Under the pieces are notes generated by a model that saw only the letters and a list, made by a program, of their open reading frames with translations, was not told where the DNA came from and ran no database searches. Positions 25,626-38,248 of a stretch of DNA of 64,000 nt are shown piece by piece. Within the stretch, counting starts at the first letter, position 1; each line of letters starts with the position of its first letter. This DNA comes from Octopus vulgaris (lineage: Eukaryota): assembly GCA_951406725.2 (NCBI GenBank), contig OX597816.1, positions 15,872,001 to 15,936,000 of the forward strand, read 5' to 3'. Both the position numbers and the translations under genes were made by a program.

Positions 25626-26574
25626 TTCTTAATGAAAATTTTATATAAATAATTTGGTTCATGTTCTTTTGATTGTTTTGTTAGAAGAAAGGGAATAAAA
25701 CAAATTTCAGCTTTTTACACTTTTACATTCAAATTTCAAATCTGCCCAAGTTGAGCTAATTTGTTTTGTTTTTGATTCTTATACTTTTGTTTCAGTCATT
25801 TGACTGCAGCCATGCTGGAGCGCCACCTTAAAGGGTTTCTTTCCATTAGAGAAATTGACCCCAGGACTTATTCTTCATAAGCCTAGTAGTTATTTCATTG
25901 GTCTCTTTTGCTGAACTGCTAAATTACAGGGATGTAAACATACTAGCATTGGTTCATTGGTTGTCAAGCAATGGTAGGAGGACAGACACACATAAATATA
26001 TACGAAACGGGCTTCTTTCAGTTTCCATCAATCAAATCCATTCACAAAACTTTGGTTGGCCTGAGACACTTTCCCAAGGTGCCATACAGTGGGACTGAAC
26101 CTGGAACCATGTGGTAAGCTTCTTACCACACTTTTTGGTTTCTCTTTTTCTTTTTTTTTTGCTTCTTTAATTAACAAAACAAACAGCAACACACTCAAGT
26201 TGATTAAATTATCTATTCTCATTTCTTGAGAATTACCAGTTCGTGCCTCTGTCAGTGACACACACATTCTTTTTATTCTTTTAATGATTTCACTCATACG
26301 ACTTCAGCCACGCTGGACCATCACCTGCAAGTACACTACCAAACTAATTGTTATACAGTGCTCGGATTTATCTATTTGGGTTTTGAGATCTCTGCAGGGT
26401 CAACTTTGTTACAAGGCCATTGATCTTCAAAAGGAGAAAAAGTGATATAAAAATAAAATGTTCCACTTCCTTATAATAGAACTATGTCAGTGACCAGGTC
26501 AGAATTGGTGCAATTGAAATTTTGACACCAAATAAATGTTAAAGTGAAGTCAATATCAAAAAAAACAAACCAAC

Positions 26575-26804
26575 TTAACCCTTTCATTACTGTGTTTATT
26601 TTGAGATGCTCTGTGTTTCTTTCAATTAATTTTAAATATAGCAAAGAATTTAGTAAAATAACTTCGTTATTATTCAGCTAGTGTTAGTAACATAACTTGT
26701 GACTAAGGTTTGGTGGAGGATTTCAATTCAAAACTTACGAAAACAAGACATTTGTACTACAGAGCCAGAGCCGGTTTCAGCTGGGTTGGTAACGAAAGGG
26801 TTAA
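26575..26804 (+). mobile_element. piggyBac-like MITE monomer
   Basis: TTAA-CCCTTTC...GTAACGAAAGGG-TTAA. Confidence 0.85.
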
Positions 26805-27194
26805 AGAGAGAGGAGCAGAGAGAGAGGGAGAGAGAGATAGGCTTTAGAGAAGGAGGGATATAGATAGGGTGAATGCTTTATTGTTCTGGAATTTATGTAA
26901 AACCTAAATGCTACCAGGGTCAACTTCCTCTTTCATCTTTTACACCATTGATAATGTTAGTGTCACATTGCACTGGCGTCAGTTTACCCTGGCTGTGTCT
27001 CTGCCCTACAGAAAATTGCTGGCCTTGTTAGGCAATTAACATTTACAATAACAGGCTTCTTGTGAATTTCAGACATATTGTGACGAACAAAAGAAGATAA
27101 GAGTCTTTTTAGACAGCAGACCCCGTTTTAGAAACGGGGAGAAAGAAAGGGAGGAAGCTGAAATGAACAGAAAGTGTGTAGCAATGTCATGGAA

Positions 27195-27340
27195 GTGATG
27201 GTGGTGGTGGTGATGATGGTGGTGGTGGTGATGATGGTGGTGGTTGTGGTGGTGATGATGATGATGGTGGTGGTGGTGACGATGGTAGTGATGATGATGG
27301 TGGTGGTGATGATGGTGATGATGATGGTGATGATGATGGT
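27195..27340. repeat. (GGT/GAT)n trinucleotide microsatellite
   Basis: Directly visible. It is the source of the poly-His ORF. Confidence 0.95.
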
Positions 27341-27624
27341 CTTCTTTTCTAACATTTACAACAGAAATAGCTTGCAAGTGGTGATGGTGGTAAAAGTGGT
27401 GGCGATGAGTAGGAGATAGATGAAGGTGAGAAAGGAGGAGGAGCTGTATTACATGAAAGGGAGTGGGAGAGTGAGGAGCAAAGTAAAGAAAGAAAGAAAG
27501 GTTGTCATTCTAGATTTAAATAAAAGAAATGGGTTGAGGTTAAAATAAATTCAGTTTCTTCTCATCAGACTTTGGTTAATTAGAAAGAAGTATTCAATGG
27601 TTGATGACAATACCACAATCTGAT

Positions 27625-28024
27625 TTCTTTATTGCCCACAAGGGGTTAAACACAGAGGGGACAAACAAGGACAAAGGGATTAAGTCGATTAGATTGACCC
27701 CAGTGCGTAACTGGTACTCAATTTTTATTGACCCTGAAAGGATGAAAGGCAAAGTCAACCTCGGTGGAATGTGAACCCAGAACAGAATGACAGACAAAAT
27801 ACCTATTTCTTTACTACCCACAGGGGGCTAAACACAGAGGGGACAAACAAGGACAGACAAATGGATTAAGTCGATTATATCGAGCCCAGTGCATAACTAG
27901 TACTTAATTTATCGACCCTGAAAGGATGAAAGGCAAAGTCGACCTTGGCGGAATTTGAACCCAGAATGTAACGGCAGACGAAATACCGCTGAGCATTTCG
28001 CCCGGCGTGCTAACATTTCTGCCA
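27625..28024 (-). mobile_element. SINE family A dimer
   Basis: Two units with the junction AAAATACCTATTTCTTTACTACC at ~27800. Confidence 0.85.
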
Positions 28025-28044
28025 TCTGATGGTGATATTCTCTA

Positions 28045-28372
28045 CTGGATTAACCATTAAGCAAAATTAGCACATGCTTAGGGCATCAAGAGAAGCAGGA
28101 GGTACCAGAGAAATGGTAAATGGTTTATGGCACAAAAGAAGTCATTTTAAACTTACTGATATAATATCTGAAATGGTTTAGGTTCTCAAACTTTTTGAGC
28201 CACTGCCCTGCCTCATGGCCACATAATACCCTCAGTGCCCCCACCCCTATTTTTAAGTATAAATAAATTTTTATATTTTACTAATTTATATATACTATGA
28301 ATCATTTGATATTTATTATATAATTTGTATACAATACTATAATAATAAAATCATAGCATCCCCTAATCCACT
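28045..28372 (+). mobile_element. hAT-like non-autonomous element fragment
   Basis: GGATTAACCATTAAGC...CATGCTTAGGGCATCAAG is shared with 52360 and 63070. It ends CATCCCCTAATCCACTG. Confidence 0.55.
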
Positions 28373-28491
28373 GCTTTCTGGATTTGGTAGATGGAAACTG
28401 AAAGAAGCCTTCCAAGTGTGTGTGTGTGTGAGTGTGTATATATATATATGTAAGAATAGGGTGCTAGGTGTAATGTACAGAACTGAATACT

Positions 28492-28683
28492 GAGAAAAAA
28501 GTCGTCAGAATTTTGGAAAAAAATATCCTTTTATTTCTTCATTATTCTTAGCGCTTTTGTTCCTCTCTAGAACTTGTCAAACACAAAATTGTGTTTGACA
28601 AGTTCTAGAGATGAACAAAAGCGCTAATCATAATGAAGAAATAAAAGGATATTGTTTTCCAAAATTCTGACGACTTTTTTCTC
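28492..28683. repeat. ~95-bp-arm inverted repeat (hairpin) containing a hammerhead-like motif; probable Penelope-like terminal fragment
   Basis: GAGAAAAAAGTCGTCAGAATTTTGG...TGTCAAACACAA-AA-TTGTGTTTGACA...CCAAAATTCTGACGACTTTTTTCTC. Confidence 0.85.
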
Positions 28684-30431
28684 TCAATATGTTTGTGTAT
28701 GTGTGTCCCTACCGTTGCTTGACAACCAGTGTTGGTATGTTTACATCCTTGTTACTTTGCAGTTTGGCAAAATAGACTGATAGGATATGTACTAGGCTTA
28801 CAAAGAATTAGTCCTGGAGTCGATTTGTTTGACTAAAGGCAGTGCTCCAGCATGGCCACAGTGAAGTGACTGAAACAAGTAAAAGAGTTAGTTTTGTTTC
28901 ATTTCAGAAAATAAAGATTTTAAGGTTTATTATTGTTTATGTTTTAAATCATATATATATATATGAGGACAGCAACATCTAAGTGCTTCAGGCCTCTATA
29001 GGACTAAATTCAGCCTTGGTGCTATTAATAAGGAAGATGATCCCTTTTTGATGGTAGGTGATGTTACCACTTGTTGATCATTGGGTAGTGGTGATGATGA
29101 TGATAAACCTGTTGGTGATGGTGATGATGATGATGACTTTTGTTCTTTTATCCGTTTGTCATTTGACTGTGGCCATGCTGGAGCAATGCTTTTAGTTGAA
29201 CAAATTGACCCCAGGACATATTCTTTGGAAACCTAGTGCTTATTCTATCAGTCTCTATCACCGAACTGCTAAGTTACAGGGACATAAACACACCAATATT
29301 GATTGTCAAGCAATGGTGGAGGCACAAACACAGACATACAAATACATACATACACACACATATATTCACACACACATGACGGGCTTCTTTCAGTTTCCAC
29401 TTACCAAATCCACTCACATGGCTTTGGTCAGCCCGAGGTTATTGTAGAAGACACTTGCCCAAGGTGCCACGCAGTGGGACTGAACCCAGACCATGTGGTT
29501 GGGAAGCAAGTTTCTTACCACACAGCCATTCCTGCTCCTATGGTGACGATATATTTTAATCACCATCTGATGATGGTGGTGGTGAGGGTGATGCTACCAA
29601 ACGGTGCTATCAGTGATAATGCTGATACCATCTGATGGTAGCAATAGTGATGATAATGTTGATAGTGACAATGATAACAAAAATGGCAATGATGACAAAA
29701 TCACTGCTGTAGTGGCTAAAATATATCTATGCCTCCTACTTCTACTGCAAATAGACGATGGAATATAGACAGAGATGACTCGTTTAAATCACAACCGTAA
29801 TTAATGAAGTCAGTCTCAGAAAGACAATATGACTATTGAAAAACATATCAAAGCCAGGAATTTTATCTGTCTGACAATCTCATAAAAAAATACGATAAAG
29901 AATTGTTCCACTTCATTATCATATCCTGTTTGATAGGATTCCAATACGTAAATGAAGAAATCTAAGATAAAGAGCAAGAGAAAAAGGAAAAGAAATGTAG
30001 ATAAATACCCTTGTAATTATAATTAATCTAAGTAATGAATTGGCAGATTGATTAGAAATTAGGACAATATGTCATGTAGTATTTTAACTGAGTTAAAATC
30101 TGATTGAGTTCTACTTTGCTTTTCATCTTTTATAGAACAAAATACTATACAAATACAAAATACAAAATACTACTGAGTGGTTTGGATATCTGCTTTGCAA
30201 CAATGCGGTTTTGAGTTCAGTCCCACTGTGTGACACCTGAGGCAAGTGTCTCCTATTATATCTTATTTCTTTATTGCCCACAAAGGGCTAAACATAGAGG
30301 GGACAAACAAGGACAGACAATGGGATTAAGTCGATTACATCGACCTCAGTGCGTAACTGGTACTTAATTTATCGACCCCGAAAGGATGAAAGGCAAAGTA
30401 GACCTCAGCGGAATTTGAACTCAGAACGTAT

Positions 30432-30825
30432 CTATGCCAGGACTTGGTCATCCTAGGGATGAGACTAGAGAGCATGGTGTTAGCTTTGCAGTGAGAAACC
30501 AACTGCCGAAGATAAGGTGGGGGGAGGCAATAAGAGCAGGGCCAAGTGGATTTTCTCAGTGTGACACCAATACATCCAATGGTTCTGTCAACCTTGTCAG
30601 TGTCTGTACTTCAACCGGGTAATCTAAAAATGACAAATTCTATGACCAACTCACAGAGAATTTGAGAGACTTAAGAACACAGTGGTGCTCCAGCATGACC
30701 ACAGCTGCATGGCTGAAATGAATAAAAGAGTAAACTATTGCTGCTGGATGGCTTCATTGCCAGAGTGGGTGTTAACCATGACACCTGGCTAAGCTACCCG
30801 AATTCACATGGGATTGTCAACACTA
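30432..30825 (+). pseudogene. Fragment of an AP-endonuclease domain from an RTE-like LINE
   Basis: GHPRDETREHGVSFAVRNQL, VNLVSVC, DKFYDQL and LLLDGFIARVG match degenerate APE motifs (GVGFAV, FYDQL, LLGDFNARVG). Confidence 0.65.
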
Positions 30826-30842
30826 AGCTTCCTCCAAAACTA

Positions 30843-31150
30843 TTGGGTTGTCCGGAAAGTTCATGCCAATTTTTAAAGGAAAGAAAAAGGTCAATAAATA
30901 CTTGCCACTGCATTTTTAATCAACTAAATATGAAACATTTTGTTGCACAATGGTATGTCAAGGGGAGTAAGAAAGAAATGATTGAAGCAGTGAAAATGCA
31001 GGGAACCTTAAAAGTAAACCCATATCTGTACAGTTTTTACAGAAAAAAACCCAACTTCCTCCATACACAGTACAAATGTCTTGAACAGCTTTGGCAGCTT
31101 TAGAACCTTGATTGAAAGCGAAGAGTGGCAGGTGTCGAAAATGCTCATTT
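30843..31150 (-). mobile_element. Mariner fragments: TIR plus an N-terminal HTH piece of a second mariner
   Basis: TA-TTGGGTTGTCCGGAAAGTTC TIR. Minus strand 31150-31055 encodes NEHFRHLPLFAFNQGSKAAKAVQDICTVYG. Confidence 0.65.
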
Positions 31151-31152
31151 TA

Positions 31153-31718
31153 TTGGGTTGTCAGGAAAGTTCGTGCCAATTTTTAAAGGAAAGAAAAAGG
31201 TCAATAAATACTTGCCATTACATTTCTAATCAACCAAATGTGAACCATTTTGTTGCACAATGCGTTTCCATCTTTCCTTTAGCTTGAAAATACCCTCTTC
31301 CCAGAATTGAGGTGGTTTCATGGCAAAGAATTCATCAAGGTATCTTTTTACGTCATTCAAGGAATTGAAAATTTTACCATTAAGACTATTCTGCAGAGAC
31401 CTGAATAAGTGAAAATCCAAAGGAGCAATATCTGGTGAATATGGAGGGAGGGGTAACACATCCCAGCCGAGCTGCAGCAATTTTTGTCTGGTTCCCAAAG
31501 CATCAAGTGCCGAAAATGAACTTATTTATCTTCCATTTTAAAGGGTTACAGAATTAACACAGGCTATAGGAACATAAACCTTCTTCCACAAAAAGATAGC
31601 TCAAACTGTGCTCTAAATGGAGGTGTAGTAAAATCCTGTTTTATGGACTCAACCATATTCTAAAATAAGTCGAAAGGTAAGCTACTATAAATCAGCATGA
31701 ACTTTCCGGACAACCCAA
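31153..31718 (-). mobile_element. Internally deleted mariner (D,D34D) element
   Basis: TIRs TTGGGTTGTC(A/C)GGAAAGTTC / GAACTTTCCGGACAACCCAA with TA TSD. Encodes WDVLP.PPYSPDIAPLDFHLF...GIFKLKERW. Confidence 0.9.
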
Positions 31719-32490
31719 TACATATGAAATGATAGCTATATAAAGAAACTATCGTTAATTTTACAACAATATCCCCACTGCCTTCTGTAGTTACTGATAG
31801 GTATTTATTGTACCTATTCAAAATTAGGTTAGGTAGGTTGATGTGGTTATATTTGATCTTTTGCATTGGTAGATGGTAGCACCAGTGACTGGATACAATC
31901 TGCAGAAACTTCTGTTGATAGTCCAACAATTTATTGATTTGGCCAGCTGTGACTTCATGAATATAGTTTTAATGCTTTTCAAACATCTGGTGTATATTTT
32001 ATAAAGTCATATCTAAGTTTACCATCAGTCAACAGATCCATACACATGTCAAGTCATGTGATTAAGTAAAAGAATAAAACATTTCAAAATAAAATAAAGA
32101 ACTGGGACAGAATTTACATTGAAACTTTACTAAAAACTCATAAATCATATGACTTATCTCAAAATATCTTATGATCAGAATTTAAAAGATTTTAATTGAT
32201 AAAGCACATGTAGCTGTAACCTCATTTGCTTTAAGAATATTACACACAGATGCATGCATGCATACATAAAACAATGTTCCTGAAGTGGGGTAAACGTTTT
32301 ATTTCATTGACCCATTTAATACTAAGCTGCCTGAGATTACCTCTGATCTAAGACAAAACTTTCATTACAAAATTGTTTTATCCGAGTTAAGACCTCTCAT
32401 CATTTTATGTTCAACCAATTTTAAGTTTTACGGAAATGTACTTGCATAGCAAGTGACATGATCTGAAATCGTGTGCTGGAACGGAAACAA

Positions 32491-32768
32491 TTGCAGCATG
32501 GAAGGTGTTTGTAAGCCATTTAAGAAACACACAAAAACCGTTAGATTCACTTCAACACTTAAATTTAATTTACCAGAATATTTTTGTCACTTTGAGACCG
32601 CGACCTGTTCAATGACAAAATTCCGTGCTGCATCGGAATTTTGTCAGTGAACAGGTTGCAGTCTCAAAGTGACGAAAATATTTTGTTAAATTAAATTTAA
32701 ATGTTGAAGTGAATCTAACGGTTTTTGTGTGTTTCTTAAATGGCTTATAAACACCTTCCATGCTGCAA
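32491..32768. repeat. ~135-bp-arm inverted repeat (hairpin) containing a minimal hammerhead-like motif; probable Penelope-like terminal fragment
   Basis: TTGCAGCATGGAAGGTGTTT...AAAATTCCG-tgctgcat-CGGAATTTT...AAACACCTTCCATGCTGCAA. Confidence 0.88.
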
Positions 32769-32969
32769 CAATTTTGAGTTATGTTATTGTAAAAAGTTAT
32801 TTCAACAAATTCATCTAAATTCTTGATTTTCAAAATTAATTTAAAATGTACTTTGTTAGAAATAGAGCCACACAATGATTGATAGAGTTGTAGTTGGTTG
32901 GTGAAGGCAACCAGATGACAGTTTCATCATCATCATCATTTAGCATCCCTGTTCTTTAACCATCAAAAT

Positions 32970-33312
32970 CAAATGGAAATTTTAGTTAAGATACCCATGC
33001 TGGTGACACGTAAAAAGCACCGTCTGAACGTGGCAGATGGTAGTGCCACCTGAGACATCCATGTCGGTGACACGAAAAAGCACCAACCGATTGTGGCCGT
33101 TTGCCAGCCTCCTCTGGCCCCTGTGCTGGTGGCACGTAAAAAACACCCACTACACTCACGGAGTGGTTGGCGTTAGGAAGGGCATCCAGCTGTAGAAACA
33201 ATACCAGATCAGATTGGAGCCTGCTGCATCCTCCTGGCTTCCCAGACCCCAGTCGAACCATCCAACCCATGCTAGCATGGAAAACAGATGTTAAACGACG
33301 ATGATGATGATG
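32970..33312 (+). mobile_element. SINE family B
   Basis: Family core and (GAT)n tail. Confidence 0.85.
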
Positions 33313-36301
33313 TTCCATGCTAATATGGGTTGGATTGTCTGACAGGATCCAACAGGTTTGGAGACGGCATCACATTCCTATTTCTACCATGGCATGGTTT
33401 CTATGGCTGATTGCCATTCCTATTGCCAACCACTTTGCAGTGTTGTCAACTTGTTAAAATTACAATATTTCATGTCTTAATTCTATATTATCACCTGAGC
33501 CAAAACTATGAATTCTAGCTGACAAACACCTCTTTGTACTAAATAGATATAAGCAGGTACATCTCAACATTGTAATGTAAGCAGCAGGAACACTAGATAA
33601 ATAAGTAGTGTTTCAGAACCTTGTAGTGCTAAATTCAAGGTCTTTGGTTGTAGACCAAGGTAGAAAATGCTTATGTCACTGTTCTATTTAATCATTGCTA
33701 GTAACTGTAGTGTCAAAAATGAATCACGTGAATTAAAATAATGACTCAAGGCTTTTTAACAAAGATTAACAGTCTTGGTAGTTGGTGTTTGCTTCTGGCA
33801 CCTGTGGTATTTCTTGAGCAACTTTGAAGGTGTTAGTTTTCTTGAAATTATACAAGCAGCAATAGACTTGATTTTTCCAGAGAGAAAGACACAGAATAAT
33901 GTCAGTGAGGGGAAAACAGAACTGAATAAAATTAACATCCTAATTACTGAATCCCATTTTCATTTCCATCATCATCATCATCGTTTAACGTCCATTTTCC
34001 ATGCTAGCATGGGTTGGACAGTTCAACCAGGGTCTGGGAAGCCATGGAGGCTGCACCAGGCTCCAGTCTGATCTGGCAGTGTTTCTACAGCAGGATGCCC
34101 TTCCTAATGCCAACTACTCTGTGAGTGTAGTGGGTGCTTTTTACGTGCCACCGGCATATTTCTTTTAATGTACATTGCCTATGCAGCAATTAAAAAAATA
34201 ATGAAGAATTGAGTAAAATAACATTGTTTAAACTGGTGGTTGGAGCATAAATTACCATGAAATTTTGATGGTAAGTTTTAAGTTGGATCATTTCAAAACA
34301 AAATTTGTATTGCAGAATCAAGTGGCTGATATCAAATGAAAAGCACTGGTGTTGGTGCCACGTAAAAAGCATCCATTTCACTCTGTAAAGTGGTTGGTAT
34401 CAGAAAGGGAATCCAGCTGTAGAAACCATACCAAAACAGACAATGGACCTGATGCAGCTCCTGGTGAATCATCCAATCCAATGCCAGCATGGAAGGATAG
34501 TCCAAGATGGGCTGGTATCAATAATGGTTAAAGAAATAAAAATAAGGTACATGTTTTTAAAGTGATTGAATGCAATCAAAATCAAACCCAGAATCTTGAA
34601 GCTAATTATTTTAAGAAAATTCTAAGTAAAATAACCAAAACTAAACTCAAAATAACAAAGAACCACCATTGATGCGAAATCCTACTGAGTGGGTTACTTC
34701 CCCAAGCATTCAAATGATTTATAACAAGGGTACAAAACCTTTCATTTGGATGAGGAAACAATTGGTTATATTGAGCCCTGTACTTTTCAAGTATAGGGCT
34801 CAACTTTTCAAGTATGGGCTTCACTTTATCAAAAATCAGAAGAATGAAAGGCAAAATTTACATCAGCAGAATTAGAACTCAGAATGTAAAGAGCTGAAAC
34901 AAATACCACAAGGCACTTTTGTCTGAAACTACTGATTCTGTCAGTTTACTGCTTGAACAATGGAATAATAATTTTATTAGTAATGACACATGAGTTAATG
35001 GTTAGGATGTTGACCTCATGATGGTAAGATTGTGGTTTTGTTCCCCAGACCAATAGGCATGTGCTCTGGGCAAAATGCTTCATTTCTCATTGGTCCAGTC
35101 TACTCAGCTGTAAATGTGTGCCAGCAATTGGTGGGGACTTAACCCTGTAACAGACTGATGTTCAAGGGGGAGCATAGTAATCTGTCACTTATATGACCCC
35201 AGTATCAATTTCTTATATCTGGTACTTACTCTATTGATCTCTTTTGCTAAACTAAATTATGGGGATGTAAACAAACCAACACTGACTGTCAAGCAGTGTG
35301 GGGAAGCAAACAGACATTTAAACACACAAAAAAAAAACACACACACACATACACGTGTGACTTCCATATGGTTTCTTTCTACTAAATTCACTCACAAAGC
35401 AGCCTGGGGCTATAATTGAAAACTATGCTCAAAGTCATGCAGTGGAACTGAACCCAAAACCACATGGGTGCAACATGAGCTTCTTAACCACACAGCTATG
35501 CTTTAAACACACAGACACAAGCTTTTGGAAAATTTTCTTGGTACAGACAGGGTTTGAAAAACGATTTTAAAGATTGCTATATTAAAAAATCTTTAAAAAA
35601 AATAAAAGCAAATTATTGCGTGAGCTTTTTCTGTTATTGATGAAAGTGCTTACATGTAGACTTCCATTAGGTTCATGTTTACAATTATATAAGAATTTAA
35701 TATGTGTGTATATATTCTTTGATTATAGAATCAAAAACAAAACATTTTCTATCACGTATTTACTTCATGCTTACAACCTTTATATATACATGCGCATATA
35801 AATCTTCAGATCTTTCTATATGCTACACCACTGGCTTTAAATTGATATTAATCAAATCAATATTCAATTTTTCACCCTTAATATATATATATATGTTATA
35901 TGGTTCAAAATTTTACAAAATGGCAAGACAGAGGCAGGAGGCAGGTGAGGAAACAACAAAGTGTGAGGCTACCAATGGTAACAATTGTTCAGGTGTTCCT
36001 CAGGGAAATGTTAACCCAAAAATAGAGAATATTTAGCCATCAATGCAGAGCTTAGCACTCATTCTAACCGATTGATATCAACATATATATAAGGTGTCAA
36101 GCTGACAGAAATGTTAACATGCCGGGTGAAATGCTAAGCGGCATTTCATCTGCCTTTACATTTTGAATTCAAATTCCGAGGTCGACCTTGTCTTTCATCC
36201 TTTTGAGGTCGATAAATGAAGTACCAATTGGGGTTAATCTAATCAACTGGCCCCCTCCCCCAAAATTTCGGGCCTTGTGCCTAGAGTAGAAAAAGATATT
36301 A

Positions 36302-36332
<31 letters not shown>

Positions 36333-36333
<1 letters not shown>

Positions 36334-36740
36334 CATCATCATCATCATCCTTTAGCGTCCGTTTTCCATGCTAGCATGGGTTGGACGGTTCAACTGGGGT
36401 CTGTGAAGCCAGAAGGCTGCATCAGGCCCAGTCTGATCTGGCAGTGTTTCTACGGCTGGATGCCCTTCCTAACGCCAACCACTCCTCGAGTGTAGTGGGT
36501 GCTTTTTACGTGCCACCCGCACAGGAGCCAGACGGAGCTGGCAAACGGCCACGAACAGATGGTGCTTTTACGTGTCACCGGCACGGGGGCCAGGCGAGGC
36601 TGGCAACGAACACGAACGGATGGTGCTTTTACGTGCCACCGGCACAGAGGCCAGACGGGGCGGCGCTGGCAACGGCCACGAACGGATGGTGGTTTTTACG
36701 TGCCACCGGCACGGGGGCCAGGCGAGGCTGGCAACGCTAA
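36333..36740 (-). mobile_element. SINE family B with internal tandem units
   Basis: (CAT)n tail and four GGTGCTTTTACGTGCCACCGGCAC units. Confidence 0.85.
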
Positions 36741-38081
36741 TGAGGCAGAGTGCTTACATCTCAAGTGGGAGAAAGAGTGTTTATGCATTGAAATATGTTG
36801 CTTCACAGGGGTTCATAGCAACCCCTATGTAAAACCTACAGTTATTATGCATCACTACCTCACACTTATATACTACATTGGTATGCATACACTGGTCTCA
36901 TAGGGGGGTAGAGTGCATATGGCATTTGAAATCATTGTGTAACGCCAGCGGTTTAGGGTCTTGTAAACACTCTTTGACTTTGTAACTAAGCTCTATGCTG
37001 AATTTGTGCAAATTGATTAATGGGCCTTACTTAAGGCCACAATGTGCTATGAGTATTATTATATTATTCAGAAGCATACTTTAGTCATTCAGTTATTATG
37101 CAATGTCATAGATTCAATCATTTCAAAGATTAAGTAGAAATAATTTTCCACACAAAATTTCATTTCATCATTCATTTTTTTCAACAACACGTAACCTATA
37201 TTTGATGTCCTGCTTCCTGACAGACTTCACAATTCTAATCATTTGTTCTTTGAATATACAGATTCTACATACAGCACAAACATTTATATAACATGTTACA
37301 TATTTACACCTAAGTGTGCGTATAAACACTAAACACACAAACACATATTTATCACTGCCTGTTTTTAATTTTCTTCCGAAGAAAATATGCAATCTTTTCC
37401 CCTTAATTGTTTGAAGTGTTATCAGTTTAGAAATTCACATAATTTATTCATTTTACAATTTCCAACCATTTTGTTGTTGTTGTTGTTGCTGCTGTTGTTC
37501 CAGAAATTCCTCCAGTCTAATATAGAATAACAAACTTGACGCATATGCACAATAGATATTATCAATGATTGCATCATCAGGAAAATATTGATTTTGTTTT
37601 TGCTCCTACCCCGATTTTTTGTTGAAGTAGGGCATAATCAATTGATTCTATTTCTCTTTCTAACTTTGATATAAAGGACTACAAGTGATAATCATTGTTA
37701 GCCTGGCAGAATTTTGGCTCAAAATTGTAAAGAACTTAAAACAGTATAAAACAAGATATAGAGTTTGAAAAGCAAAAGGGGTCATGTTATTTTTTTATGA
37801 CAAAAATCTGTTTTAGATATGTAACATGGTAAAGAGTAAGTTTATATTTTGAAGCAACATTTATATCAAGTATTCTTTGTTTTTTGGGGGTTTTTTTATT
37901 AACCCCCAACCCTTCTCATATTGATGACAAACTATTTTCGTTTTAGATTCTTTTCCAAATTTTTAGATTATTTCCAAATTCATCATTTTTCAGAATCCTT
38001 CAATACAACAACACTCATTCAACCAATTGAAGGAACATGACCTAGAGGTTAGGGGGTTGCACTCACAATTACAAGATTGGG

Positions 38082-38248
38082 CAGTGCATTTCACATTGCT
38101 CCAGTGCGTTTCACATTGCCCCCAGTGTGTTTCACATTGCTCCAGTGCATTTCACATTGCTCCAGTGCGTTTCACATTGCTCCAGTGCGTTTCACATTGC
38201 CCCCAGTGCGTTTCACATTGCCCCAGTGTGTTTCACAATGCTCCAGTC
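38082..38248. repeat. ~20-bp minisatellite (CAGTGCGTTTCACATTGCTC) x8 inside a tRNA-SINE remnant
   Basis: Directly visible tandem array that continues into ...CTCCAGTCAACTCACCTGCAAATGGG. Confidence 0.9.

Noticed and set aside
27069-27419. Poly-His / poly-Val-Met ORFs
   Set aside because: They are products of the (GGT/GAT)n trinucleotide repeat.
36381-36903. Recurring ORFs with LRLDALPNANH / MVLFTCHRHG motifs
   Set aside because: They are translations of SINE family B that recur in many frames and orientations. They are not a protein family.
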